In this document: piece by piece, positions 36,740 to 47,248 of the stretch | Numbering within the stretch: the stretch's first letter is position 1 | Layout: every line of letters begins with the position of its first letter | Assembly: GCA_965203925.1 (NCBI GenBank) | Contig: OZ241924.1 | Span: 4,085,894-4,149,893, forward strand | Direction: 5' to 3' | Source: Bryobacterales bacterium | GTDB taxonomy: Bacteria > Acidobacteriota > Terriglobia > Bryobacterales > UBA6623 | Length of the DNA: 64,000 nt | Notes under the pieces: model-generated | What the model saw: the letters and a program-made list of their open reading frames with translations, nothing else | Databases searched by the model: none | Told to the model about the DNA's origin: nothing | Program-made: the position numbers and the translations under genes

Positions 36740-37570
36740 ATGTACGACACTTATGGTTCCACATCCGTCCGCGACATCATCCGGCGCACGTTCGGCGGGC
36801 GAGTCTCCGCAGCGTTGGGAGCAATCGCCGCGCTGTTCTTCGCCGTCAATTCCTTCACGGTGATTGGCGCTGGCGAGCGCGGCGTCGTGTTCTCGAAGTT
36901 CGGAGGCGTTCAGCCTGGCGTCCGAGGCGAGGGGCTGCAGTTCAAGGTTCCGTTCATCCAGTCGATCAGCCCGATCGACGTCAGAATCCACAAGTCCGAG
37001 ACGGATGCTTCGGCGTCGTCGAAGGACTTGCAGACTGTAGATTCGCGTATTGCCCTGAACTACCACATCGACCCCTCCAACGCTTGGAGAATCTACCAGG
37101 AGGTTGGGATGTCGTATGAAGAGCGCCTCATTGACCCGCTCGTCCAAGAGTCGGTCAAGGCGACGTCAGCGCAGTTCACGGCGGAGGAGTTGATAACCCG
37201 ACGGGCAGAGGTGTCGAACCAGATCAAGGAGATGCTCACAGCTCGGCTGATGCCCCGCCACGTGATCGTCGATGAGTTCAACATTGTCGACTTCAACTTC
37301 TCCCCTGTATTCAACGAGGCCATCGAGGACAAGCAGAGGGCTGAGCAGGAAGCGCTGAAGGCTCAGCGCGACCTCGAGCGCATCAAGATCGAGGCTGAAC
37401 AGACGATCACGGCCGCCCAAGCGGAGGCTGAGTCACAGCGCTTGCAGCGCGAGACGATTACCGATTCGTTGCTGCAACTCAGGGCGATTGAGAAGTGGGA
37501 CGGCCGATTGCCGCAGGTCGCTGGTGCCGGTGTCCCGTTCATCGACCTGAAGTCGCTCGAGTCACAGTAG
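36740..37570 (+). CDS. SPFH/band-7 (prohibitin-like) membrane protein
   Basis: N-terminal TM segment, SPFH core (GERGVVFSKFGGV..., IALNYHI) and a C-terminal coiled coil (QRAEQEALKAQRDLERIKIEAEQ). Confidence 0.85.
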   Translation: MYDTYGSTSVRDIIRRTFGGRVSAALGAIAALFFAVNSFTVIGAGERGVVFSKFGGVQPGVRGEGLQFKVPFIQSISPIDVRIHKSETDASASSKDLQTVDSRIALNYHIDPSNAWRIYQEVGMSYEERLIDPLVQESVKATSAQFTAEELITRRAEVSNQIKEMLTARLMPRHVIVDEFNIVDFNFSPVFNEAIEDKQRAEQEALKAQRDLERIKIEAEQTITAAQAEAESQRLQRETITDSLLQLRAIEKWDGRLPQVAGAGVPFIDLKSLESQ

Positions 37571-38126
37571 TGGCACTTGGCCCGTGCCGTTGGTGGCCGG
37601 TCATGCGGGGCTGCCATCTCCGCCGCAACGTTTCGGAGGAACATCTTGAGCCCCACCCTAGACCGGCCATCGCGGAAGGCGGTACCCGTGTCCGATAGTG
37701 GCCGTTTAGGACTAGACGGCCTACTGGAACTGCTCTGGCTGCAGTTTCCGCACGCCACCCGCGGCCGCCGGAGCGAGGTCGCGACCCGCTCGTCCGCGCC
37801 GCATTGAGAAGCACTCGTTTGCTAGGGTGTCCGCCTGACGCTCGAAGAACTTATCCACACGGGCGCGGAGGGGGCTCCGGTTCGGGCCAATCGTGAGATT
37901 GGCAGTGTGAGCAGCAAGACCGCTGTCCAATCGCTACGAATTCTGAGGACACACGCCGTGCCAGCGGTCACGGGGACGCCTCGAAGACCGGGTCGGACCC
38001 CTGCAGTTCGCCGCAATGGGCTCAAGGTCGTTCTGCAAGATTCGGAAAGCACACTGGCGTAGTCCTCGAATATCGCGCGGATCCGCGCCAGGCTGGCCGC
38101 CGACTTGCTACTATGCTCTCAGAGTT

Positions 38127-39527
38127 ATGGAGAAGCAGCGAATCAGCCGCAGAACGCTGCTTAAGGGCGCTGGCGGCGTAGCCGTCGGTCTTCCTTTGCT
38201 GGAGGAAATGGCGGCCTCTGCGCACGTGCCCGTCCGCGCTTTCAACGTGTTCTTCGGGTTGGGGGTGCCGGCTCCGTTGCAGTCCGAGGGATTCGACGGT
38301 GTGCTTGAGCCGCTTCGGGGACTCAGCAGCAAGCTCCTGATCCTCCGCGGCGTGGATCAGGTGCGCTGCGACGAGGCGGGGATCAACGCCCACTTTGACG
38401 GCGCGAGCGGGGCATTTACCGGAGAGCCCCCGAATGGCGAGGCGCGTTCTGGCGGGCCGTCAATCGATCAGGTCGTCCGGAAGGCGCACTACCCCAATGG
38501 CCAGCCGCCTGGCGTTGTGCCGACCCTCATCGCCGGCACGTATTTCCGCCGTAGCCGCGTTAGCCGCTATGTTCACAGCTACAGCACTGACGGGACAGTT
38601 GCGGCAGCCATGCAGGAGAAGCCACGCGATCTCTTTGACCGCGTCTTCGGCAAGCTCACTTTGTCGGATGTCGCACCAGACCAGCAACGGGAACGGATTC
38701 GCCGCAGCATTCTGGATTCGCTCGTGGGCCAGTACCAGTACTTCACAGGTTCCAACTCTCCGCTGGGCGCGCAGTCCCGAGCCCGCTTGGCCGATCATCT
38801 GGACCGTATCCGGGAATTCGAAACTCGAGCCTTCGCCCCGAAGCCAAGCGACGGGCGCGAACCATCCCTGCCACCCCGTTCGCGCATCGCCCACGGCGGC
38901 TACGCCGATCCCGGAGGGGAAGGCATTGACATGGACCTCAGCTCCCTTACGGAGGAATGGAGGCTGGTCTGCGATCTCTATGCCCTAGCCGTGGAACTTG
39001 ACCGTGTCCGATTCGGGTCCGTGACGTTCCTCGCGGCTGGAGAGCGTCTTCGCATCAAGGGCGATTACGAGTATGGGGGCCGGAGAGTGTTCCGCTTCGA
39101 TGATGCGAAGCAGCGTGACGCCACCGGTGCGAAAGCGTGTAGCCACGAATGGTGGCATGACTTTGATCCGGGGGCTCGCAACGAGCAGCTTCGGGCGCAT
39201 GCGCACATGCACATCCGCGAGACCGCCTATTTTCTGGAACAGCTCGACAGGATTCGTGATCCCAACGGAAAGAGCGCCCTAGAGAACTCTATGGTCACTG
39301 TCTCGACCGAATCCGGCGACGGCCGGCACTCTGACGTGGAGCGGGAGCTGTCGGGCGTCTTCCATGCGGTCTCCGCTGCGGGTGGCCGGTTCAAGACAGG
39401 AGAGATCTTGGACCTCCAAGTTGAAGGCATCGACCTCTACAACACGATGCTCGACGCCATGGGTACGACCCATCGCCTCGGACCCGAGGATCGGGAAATA
39501 AGCCGGGTGGACTCGATCCGAGCCTGA
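38127..39527 (+). CDS. DUF1552 domain protein with Tat-type signal (second copy)
   Basis: MEKQRISRRTLLKGAGGVAVGLPLLEEMA. Start trimmed to ATG 38127. Confidence 0.75.
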   Translation: MEKQRISRRTLLKGAGGVAVGLPLLEEMAASAHVPVRAFNVFFGLGVPAPLQSEGFDGVLEPLRGLSSKLLILRGVDQVRCDEAGINAHFDGASGAFTGEPPNGEARSGGPSIDQVVRKAHYPNGQPPGVVPTLIAGTYFRRSRVSRYVHSYSTDGTVAAAMQEKPRDLFDRVFGKLTLSDVAPDQQRERIRRSILDSLVGQYQYFTGSNSPLGAQSRARLADHLDRIREFETRAFAPKPSDGREPSLPPRSRIAHGGYADPGGEGIDMDLSSLTEEWRLVCDLYALAVELDRVRFGSVTFLAAGERLRIKGDYEYGGRRVFRFDDAKQRDATGAKACSHEWWHDFDPGARNEQLRAHAHMHIRETAYFLEQLDRIRDPNGKSALENSMVTVSTESGDGRHSDVERELSGVFHAVSAAGGRFKTGEILDLQVEGIDLYNTMLDAMGTTHRLGPEDREISRVDSIRA

Positions 39528-39872
39528 GATCGGCGCTTCGGTGTTGGTCAGTTCAGTGCCAGCCGACCGCCAGTAGTCGCGACCGGCTGCCAATGTGCCG
39601 ACCGGTGCCACCGCGAACCCTCCCTCGACAGTGGGCCACCGGGCCAGGCGGTACTAGGCCGGGGGGCAACGGCAAATGCCTGCCGTACTTCGCGTAGCGG
39701 CCGTCGGGCGGTCGATAGAGGGTCATCAACGTCTGTGTGTTGAGGAACCCGCTAGGCGTCGGAGGGAGACAGTTCCTCTGCGAGTTTGGTCTCGAGGCGA
39801 GGCCGGATTGGCAGGCGGCTTGCACCGAGATGGCCACCTCAAGGCTCACTAGGCGACAAGCCCTCAGTGGGC

Positions 39873-42461
39873 TCAATGCTCGGTCTGAATGGTTCGCGTC
39901 AAGTCGCTCATCGCAACGGCCTTGACTAGTCTCTGGTACGTCCCGCCGCCCGCCATTGAGGATCGGTGAATCTCATCAATCGATCGCTGGTCGCTCGCAA
40001 CGAGTGGTCGCCCCAATGCGAATTGCGCAAACTTTCTGGTGATGTTTCGCTGGACGCGGTCGCTGCGAGCGAGCAGGTTCATCATTTCTGCGATAGAGAT
40101 GTAGGCCACAGGCTCGCTCTCGCCGGGGAACAGGATCTCGCCGTCCTCACGAAGGCGATTCCCATGCTCGTCGATCTCGCTATGGGTGCCCAGTCCGTCG
40201 AACTTCTCCAAGCCGAACGCGAGCGGCTCGAAGCGCGCATGGCAGCCACCGCACGCGCTGCTCTCGACGCGCTCCGTTGCTATGTCCCGGCGGGGCCGCC
40301 CTGGCGCTGCTGGCACTGGAGTCGTGTCGAGACCGGGCGGAGGATCGCCGACTTCGCTGAACAGGACATCACGCAAGATGAAGAGTCCTCGGGTGACCAT
40401 CGACGCATCATCACCGCCCATTGTCAGCACGCTGCCGTGGGTCAGCAGTCCGCCCCGGCTCTCGACCGAGGACAGGTCGTATCGGGACAAGCCTGCTCGA
40501 CTGGGCTCCAGTCCGTAGTGCTTGGCAAGGCGAGGCGTCAAGTACGTGAACTGCGCATTCATGAGATGGGCTAGCGGCCGCTGCTGGTCCCAGACCAGAT
40601 CCCTGAAGAATGCAAGCGTCTCGGCGCGCATGTCCGCCCCAAGGGAGGCATTCCAGCCGGGGAACCGCTCCGGGTTCGGGCTAAGGTTGGCGAGTCGGTC
40701 AAGGTCCAGCCACTGCTCGGCGAATTGGTTCGCCCGTGTGACTGCCCTTGGGTCCCCAAGCATGCGGTCGACTTGGCGGGAGATCTCTTTGTCATCACTG
40801 AGGATTCCTGACCTCGCCTTTGCCAGCAGCTCGTCGTCCGGCGGAGCCCCCCAGATCATGTAGCTAATTCGGGACGCTAATTCGTAGGGGTCGATTGGCC
40901 AAGCGCTGCCGTCGCCCCGCTGAAGCTCCACCCTATAGAGGAAGCGGGGTGACTGCAGCATCGCCTCGACGACATATCGCGCCGCCTCCTCAGCACTTCC
41001 GCCGACATCGGTGACGGACTCTGCCAGCCCCAGAAACTGTGAGAGCTCATGCTCTGTCAGCACACCGCGGAGCAGTTCCTGGCCCAAGCCGAGCACCCAT
41101 TCCTGGCTGACCTCCTCTGCGTCGAAGACCTCCCTGACATCCAGCCGATCGGCCACAATCTGCGCTAAGCGTGAGTACGCTTCGATGTGGCGAAGGTCAA
41201 CGTTCAAGTTGTACGCCGTGTTCTCAAATCCGTCGGCGCGCACTTCAGGCGGGAGGACTTCCCGGGCCTCCGCCGACACGTCGACTCCGAGCGCGGCTCG
41301 CACGCTCTCGATGTACTCCGACACGGTCAGCCTTGACACCCAGTTCCCAATCGCCCGATCGCCTCCACCGTGAACGGCGCGGTCTAGCTTCTCGTAGGGC
41401 CAAGCCGCGCCAGCGGCAATCCAGTCGCGAAGCATCGTCTTCTGCTCTTTGGTGAGGGGGGCGAGATCCTTCGGCATGGTCTCGGCATCCACTCTCAGCC
41501 AGACAAGGCTTGTTTCTGCGCTGCCCGGGTTGATGGCGTTTCGACTGGCGCCTCCCGCGAGCGCGGTCTTCCTGCTGGAAAGGTCAAGGCCCCCTTGCCT
41601 CACGATGGAATCGTGGCATCCTAGGCACCGCCGGGCCAGTAGCGGGGCTATTTCCGTCTCGAACAGACGTGTCCCATCGTTCCGCCGTGAGGAGGCCGAA
41701 ACGCGGGAGTGGTGGCCCGAGCGATAGTTGCGGGAGACTTCACGAGGCGAGAGATCTCGCCCATAAATGGCAACGAGATGGTACGCTCCCGTCCAAGGCC
41801 GTCCCACATCCACTTCGTAGCCGAGGGTCACTGATGCCTTCTCCCAGTCTTCCGTACCTCCGGGGATCCGTTCCTCGACCGCGAGCTCGCCGTCAACGAA
41901 GATTCTGCCCCGTCCCGTGCGGTCCCTCGTGAACACGACGTGGGTGGTCTCGTCCGTGACAGAGCCTGGTACCGTGGAGAGCCCCGGCTTGGCCTCCATG
42001 TCTGTCTTTGAGGTTCTGAAGCGAGCTACGTACCGGTCGCCTTCTTGGCCGAGAAGGAAATTCCGCTGATCCGTGCCGTTGGACATAGTGAGGATCGTGG
42101 CGGGCCCCGTCTGATCTGTCGCGTTCGGCCGGATCCAAGCCTCAAGCGTCATCTCTCCGCCGATCCGGACCATGTCGGAGATCTTGGCCGGTCGGGACCT
42201 AGACTTGAGCCTGCCTCCCGTGAGCAGTTCCAGCCCGTCTGGCAGCAAACGCACCGTGTCCGAGTTCGCGATCTTCAGGATTGAGTCCTCGCTGCGTCCG
42301 GCCGAGTCCTGAACGAAGCCGTTCTCGATGGCCGAAAAGTCATACAGCGCGAGCACGCCGCTGTGAACCCTGCCTTCGGTACGGTCGGCTGTCGCGCCGC
42401 GGAGTGAGGCAGCCGATGTGGCAATGGTCAAGATCAAGATGCCTAAGGAGTATCGAATCAT
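39873..42461 (-). CDS. DUF1592-family protein with an N-terminal LamG/concanavalin-like domain (second copy)
   Basis: Start trimmed to ATG 42461 (MIRYSLGILILTIATSAASL). LamG-like LTLEAWIRPN...ILTMSNG, then CLGCHDS, then family blocks (MIWGAPPDDELL, FAEQWLDL, CGGCHARFEPLAFG). Confidence 0.75.
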   Translation of the reverse strand: MIRYSLGILILTIATSAASLRGATADRTEGRVHSGVLALYDFSAIENGFVQDSAGRSEDSILKIANSDTVRLLPDGLELLTGGRLKSRSRPAKISDMVRIGGEMTLEAWIRPNATDQTGPATILTMSNGTDQRNFLLGQEGDRYVARFRTSKTDMEAKPGLSTVPGSVTDETTHVVFTRDRTGRGRIFVDGELAVEERIPGGTEDWEKASVTLGYEVDVGRPWTGAYHLVAIYGRDLSPREVSRNYRSGHHSRVSASSRRNDGTRLFETEIAPLLARRCLGCHDSIVRQGGLDLSSRKTALAGGASRNAINPGSAETSLVWLRVDAETMPKDLAPLTKEQKTMLRDWIAAGAAWPYEKLDRAVHGGGDRAIGNWVSRLTVSEYIESVRAALGVDVSAEAREVLPPEVRADGFENTAYNLNVDLRHIEAYSRLAQIVADRLDVREVFDAEEVSQEWVLGLGQELLRGVLTEHELSQFLGLAESVTDVGGSAEEAARYVVEAMLQSPRFLYRVELQRGDGSAWPIDPYELASRISYMIWGAPPDDELLAKARSGILSDDKEISRQVDRMLGDPRAVTRANQFAEQWLDLDRLANLSPNPERFPGWNASLGADMRAETLAFFRDLVWDQQRPLAHLMNAQFTYLTPRLAKHYGLEPSRAGLSRYDLSSVESRGGLLTHGSVLTMGGDDASMVTRGLFILRDVLFSEVGDPPPGLDTTPVPAAPGRPRRDIATERVESSACGGCHARFEPLAFGLEKFDGLGTHSEIDEHGNRLREDGEILFPGESEPVAYISIAEMMNLLARSDRVQRNITRKFAQFALGRPLVASDQRSIDEIHRSSMAGGGTYQRLVKAVAMSDLTRTIQTEH

Positions 42462-42910
42462 CAGCCAGCGTTCGTGTGGGACGGTTCCAGTTTCGCTCAG
42501 GGGCAGGCCATGTGACAAGCTGAGTTGGCCGCGATCAGCGTTTGAGGCCAGAGCCTTCGCGAGTTGGCGCAGTTCCGCGGGCACCGAGCCGACCAGGATT
42601 CGGGTTTCCGAACGGCGAGCCCGCTCCCGAGCGCGGAACGCCAACTCGATGGGTAGCAGACCAATTCCTTTGCCCGTCCTCATTAGCTTGCTGTCGCAGC
42701 GACCGTGCCGGGCGACGACAAGCCCGCCACTGATCTTGCCTGATCCGAACCCATCCAGCACTTGCGTCCCGGACCTGATCGGGGCCAAGCACACCGATTC
42801 AGCTCGGCCCGTTTCTGCAACGAACGCGACTTGCCGGTGATAGCGGTCCGTCGCAACACGATTGGGAGGGGGCTGCGACCTGTTCCACTCATGGGGCTAG
42901 AATCGAGCCC

Positions 42911-44323
42911 GTGCGGAGGACTGCAGCGATCGCTGGAGTGCTGGTGAAAGTGGCCAGTGGCGGCTTGGATGCGTCCGAGCGCATTGACCGCTACGTCGAA
43001 TCGGAGATGCAGCTGAACGCCATTCCGGGCGTTGCCGTGGCAGTCGTGGAGGTTGGAGCCGATCCTCTTGTTCGGGCCTACGGTAGTCGCAACATTTCGG
43101 AACAAGATCCGATGACTGTGGACACGCCGACAGAACTTGCCTCAGTGAGCAAGTCTCTCACTGCGCTTGCCGTGCTGGAGGTCGAAGCGTCCGGGGCCGT
43201 GAGCCTGGACGCAAGCATCAGCACGGTCCTTCCCGAGCTCAACTCTGGAGACTGGCAGTCCGTCACCGTCAGGGACCTCTTGCGTCACCGCAGCGGGCTC
43301 CGTCGGGAGGACGACTTTCTTGTTCCCTGCTGCGGATTGTCCGGTGACCGGGACTTGGAGGTGGCGGTCAAGAGGCTTGCGGGTGCCAACTTGGCAGCGA
43401 GCATGGCACCTCTCTTCTCGTACGCGAACAGCAACTTTGTCCTCTTGGCCGCAATCGTAGAACGCCTCTCCGGCTTGACTTTCCCGCGATTCATGCAAGA
43501 GAGTGTCTTTGCACCATTGGATCTGCAGAGGACGACGTTGGATGGGCGCCAAGCCCATGAATGGAACGCATCCGCCCGTCATGAATGGCAGTGGGCGCGA
43601 GTGCGCGTTAGCCGGGCCCCGTTCGTGGGCTGGTACGGGAGTTCTCGGGTAAAGGCGACAGCGAGCGATATGGGTCGCTATTTGGCCGCCATGCTGGGGG
43701 ACACCGGTCCACCGAATGGTCTGCCGACCCTAGGCCCGGAATGGTGGGCCGGACTCGAGCCCGGCTATGACCTTGGCTGGTTCGTGGAGGAGGCTGACTG
43801 GCTAGACGGAGATCTGGTGTTGGAGCACTCGGGCGACATCTGGGGCGCAAACACAGCCATCGTACTTGCTCCTCGGCGCCGCACAGGGGTGGCCGTACTG
43901 ACCAATCTGGATGCGGGAAGGGCCCAACCGATTGCCCGGTCGATTCTCGCCAGCCTTCACGGTGCACCTCTGGTGTCTCCTATGCGGGCAGAGCCATTGG
44001 CCCGGCCAGACACGTGGGCCATAGCGTTTGTCGTGGGCGGAGTGCTCCTCCTTGGGTGGGCTATCGCCCTCGCCTGCATCCTCACTAGGCAACTTCGCAA
44101 CGGTCGCAGGCGATGGAAAGCAGGACCGGCCAGGATAATACGGTCAGCAATCCTGTGCGGGCTCGGCATTTGGCTTGCAGATTACTTCTTCTTGCGGCCC
44201 GACATGCCGCACGAGACCTTGCCGACGACGGTCGGCCAAGCCCTACCAGGTCTGGTCGCTGCAACTTCTGGACTACTGTTTGTCGTGGCTACGGCTGGGC
44301 TATTCCCAAAGTCCAGACGCTAG
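42911..44323 (+). CDS. Beta-lactamase-related serine hydrolase (class C/PBP-like) with C-terminal membrane helices
   Basis: SVSKSLTA (SxxK), YANSN (YxN), HSGD (KTG-equivalent) and two hydrophobic C-terminal segments. GTG start. Confidence 0.75.
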   Translation: MRRTAAIAGVLVKVASGGLDASERIDRYVESEMQLNAIPGVAVAVVEVGADPLVRAYGSRNISEQDPMTVDTPTELASVSKSLTALAVLEVEASGAVSLDASISTVLPELNSGDWQSVTVRDLLRHRSGLRREDDFLVPCCGLSGDRDLEVAVKRLAGANLAASMAPLFSYANSNFVLLAAIVERLSGLTFPRFMQESVFAPLDLQRTTLDGRQAHEWNASARHEWQWARVRVSRAPFVGWYGSSRVKATASDMGRYLAAMLGDTGPPNGLPTLGPEWWAGLEPGYDLGWFVEEADWLDGDLVLEHSGDIWGANTAIVLAPRRRTGVAVLTNLDAGRAQPIARSILASLHGAPLVSPMRAEPLARPDTWAIAFVVGGVLLLGWAIALACILTRQLRNGRRRWKAGPARIIRSAILCGLGIWLADYFFLRPDMPHETLPTTVGQALPGLVAATSGLLFVVATAGLFPKSRR

Positions 44324-44689
44324 GGCCGAACAGGAACCGGTGCCACAACCGCATTGTTGGACGATCAGGTCCGATGCCGATCCGACTCGCATGTGCCTTC
44401 ACCGGCGAGCTGGCTGCTGAATCACCGCTCGGCATGGCAAGCCAATGAAATCCGTTTGCGATGGGTCTCCGCGACCCGCACGAGGGAGGGCGATCAACGG
44501 AGCGCCATACCTAATCGCTCATCACGGTTGTTCGATCTGGCATAGGCAGCCATCCGCGGGCCGGGCGAACTTGAATCGTCGGACCGTGCCGTCGGTAGTC
44601 CCGCCAGCCACTTAAGGTTGTGATTGCGGCAGCTGGGCCCTCTGGCCAAGATCGGCGCCACCGCCGCCCGCGAGTATCGTCGGTCGCGT

Positions 44690-45880
44690 TCAGCCTGCCG
44701 CCTCCTCCGTCGCTCGCATGACCCGCATCACATTACCGCCCAGCACTTTCGCAACGTCGTCGTCGGAAAAGCCGCGCTCCTTCATCGCCTCGATCAGGTT
44801 CGGCGTCTTGCCGATGTGTTCTAGGCCAGCAGGTAGCCTCAGGCCGACACTGTCGAAGTCTGAGCCTAGGCCGACGTGTTCGATACCCGCAACCGTGGCC
44901 GCGTGCTCGATGTGGTCTACCAGGCGGCTTAGGGGTGGTGCTCCGATCAAGTCCACCTCGGCGAGGTTTAGCTTCCACAGCTCTTCTGAGAGCCGCTTCT
45001 TGTCGTTCGTGAACTCTTGCCGGACCGTAGACTTCTGCTGCCCGATCTCGGCCAGCTTGGGAAACTGGGAACGATACTCGTCGTCGAGCATTCCGGCGTA
45101 GTACGCCACGCCCAAGACGCCGCCGTTTTGGGCCAATGCCTTGAGCATTTCGTCGCTTAGGTTCCGAGGGTGGTTGGCAACGGCCCTGCAAGCTGCATGG
45201 GTGTTCAGGATGGGCAGGCTTGACGTCTCTATCGTGTCGAAGAAGGCCCTGTCGGAGGCGTGGGACAGGTCCGGCATCATTCCCAACCCATTCATCTCCT
45301 TGACGATCTCGCGGCCCAGCTCCGTAAGCCCCTCTGGCCCGTCGTCGTATTCGGCCGCGCCCACCCACGGCGTGTTCCCGCTGTGCGTCAGACCCAAGTA
45401 CCGCGTTCCCAAGCGGTACAGCTGTCGCAGCACTTCGACGCTGGAGTCGATCATGTGGCCGCCCTCCACTCCCAGGAAGACGGCGATCTTGCCTTCCGCA
45501 CGGGCGCGAGTGGCGTCGGCCGATGTCGTTCCGAGCAAGAGGTGCTCCGGGTGTTTCTTGACCGTCTCAACGACTACGTCCGTGATGCTCAGGGCGTCCT
45601 TGACGGATTCCACCGGGGCCTTGCGGCGCGCCGGACTGAATACCGCGAAGAAGCCAGCGTGCATTCCCCCTTGCCGCATCTTCGGAATGTCAACTTGGCT
45701 GTACTCCGGGCTCTCGGCTAGATTGAGCCGCTCGCTGACTAGCCTGGACGGCGTGTCGATGTGCAGGTCGAAGTAAAGAGGGCGCGTAGGAGTGGCCTGT
45801 TCCGGCTCTGGAGGAGCAGATGTACTGCAAGCGGCCGCGATCGCGACCGTTGAGATTCCGAATTCTCGTCGGGTGAGCAT
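44690..45880 (-). CDS. Membrane (renal-type) dipeptidase, peptidase family M19
   Basis: DLHIDTP, GVEGGHMID, LTHSGNTPW, DLSHASD and GLGSDFD blocks, with a Tat/lipoprotein-like leader. Confidence 0.85.
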   Translation of the reverse strand: MLTRREFGISTVAIAAACSTSAPPEPEQATPTRPLYFDLHIDTPSRLVSERLNLAESPEYSQVDIPKMRQGGMHAGFFAVFSPARRKAPVESVKDALSITDVVVETVKKHPEHLLLGTTSADATRARAEGKIAVFLGVEGGHMIDSSVEVLRQLYRLGTRYLGLTHSGNTPWVGAAEYDDGPEGLTELGREIVKEMNGLGMMPDLSHASDRAFFDTIETSSLPILNTHAACRAVANHPRNLSDEMLKALAQNGGVLGVAYYAGMLDDEYRSQFPKLAEIGQQKSTVRQEFTNDKKRLSEELWKLNLAEVDLIGAPPLSRLVDHIEHAATVAGIEHVGLGSDFDSVGLRLPAGLEHIGKTPNLIEAMKERGFSDDDVAKVLGGNVMRVMRATEEAAG

Positions 45881-46251
45881 AGACGGTCAGATTGTACAGA
45901 ACTGACCGCGAGCTGGTGGGCCGGCGGCAGCCCCACCGTGGATTGCGGGAGCGCTTGCGGCCATCGAGGCCGCCGCCAATTCCCGGAGTCGAGAGACGAT
46001 CTGACCTTCCTCCAATCACCAGCTCTCCCGGTACCGGAACTTGTAGACACAGCCCAGTTAGCCCATCACCGGCTCTGAGAGGAATCTCTGAGGGGAATCC
46101 TGTCGCCGTCTCGAGGAATCCCGTTTCGACGTAGGGAGGATGAACCGATTCGTCAGAGCCGTTCCCAAGGGACAACCAGCCCTACCACAGAGCCCTGCCA
46201 GACCCGATGTCAAAGCAGGTCTTGAATGAGTCGGTGTCCATGCCGCAAGCA

Positions 46252-46360
46252 CATGACTCGCTCAGCGTGATCCGCACCTATCGTTGAGTAACGTGGGCGT
46301 ATCCGTTGACGCGTCAGGAAAGCGCTATGCTATCCTACTCCGAGTGTCAAGAAGCCTCTA
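46252..46360 (+). promoter_or_regulatory. Conserved leader/promoter region of EEP gene copy A
   Basis: Aligns along its whole 109 nt with 51667..51774 (about two-thirds identity by eye). Includes CCGTTGACGC and the perfect palindrome TGACGCGTCA (46307..46316). Confidence 0.45.
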
Positions 46361-47248
46361 ATGCTGATTCTCTCGTGGAACGTCAATTGTGGTCCGCCCG
46401 AGAAACTCATCGCGAAGATCGAAGATAAGCAACCGGATATCATCACCTTGCAGGAAGTCAGGGTCCTGTTTGCTAATAAGTGGGCCAAACGTCTGAGAGA
46501 AATTGGTTTCAATGTCCACTTGAGCGGCAAGGAAGTCTGGCGTGGGAAGAAGGTCCCGGACCGGTGGTACCACTGCCTGATTGCGAGTCGCTGGGATCTG
46601 ACGCCCGACGGCATCAAGTGGCGCGAAAAAGCGCCTTACCGGGAATTGCTGGGGCGAGCCACAGTCTCTGTGCCTGACGAGGGGGACCTCGACGTGTTCA
46701 CCGCGCACATTCCCAACGGTAGCGGGTATGGCTGGGAGAAGATCGACACCTTCCACGTCCTGTCGGCGGAGCTGCGTGGAGCGAGCGACTCTCCGCGTAT
46801 TCTGACCGGCGACTTCAACGAACCGGAGTCGTTCAAAAGGTCGGGAGAGATCGTAACTTTCGTAGAAGGAACTCACGAGGTGGGAGGAAAGAGCGGGCCG
46901 ATCTATCGTGACAAGTTTCGTAAACAGCGCCAGAGCCGCCCGAGCATCGAGTGGACCAACGGTGTGCTTTCGGTCCTTGGGGGCGTGTCACACCACGGTC
47001 TGCGGGACGCCTATCGTGACCGTCGCGGCTTCGGGTGGCCGACCCCTGTCACGCACCGCACGAAATCCCTCAAGGAGCCGAGATGTTTCGACCACACCTT
47101 CGTCTCAAGACATTTCGAAGTCGTGAATTGTGGCTACTTCCACGAGTGGCGCAAGGCGGGATTGAGCGACCACTCGCCAATGTGGACAGAGCTTCGCCTT
47201 CGAACGGATCTACCGGGATTGAAACAGTGGGCGGACGACCGCTCCTGA
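46361..47248 (+). CDS. Endonuclease/exonuclease/phosphatase (EEP) family protein, copy A
   Basis: MLILSWNV (N), TLQEV (E), FTAHIPNGS, LTGDFNE and LSDHSPMW (D-H) blocks are all present. It is a paralogue of 51775..52593. Confidence 0.8.
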   Translation: MLILSWNVNCGPPEKLIAKIEDKQPDIITLQEVRVLFANKWAKRLREIGFNVHLSGKEVWRGKKVPDRWYHCLIASRWDLTPDGIKWREKAPYRELLGRATVSVPDEGDLDVFTAHIPNGSGYGWEKIDTFHVLSAELRGASDSPRILTGDFNEPESFKRSGEIVTFVEGTHEVGGKSGPIYRDKFRKQRQSRPSIEWTNGVLSVLGGVSHHGLRDAYRDRRGFGWPTPVTHRTKSLKEPRCFDHTFVSRHFEVVNCGYFHEWRKAGLSDHSPMWTELRLRTDLPGLKQWADDRS

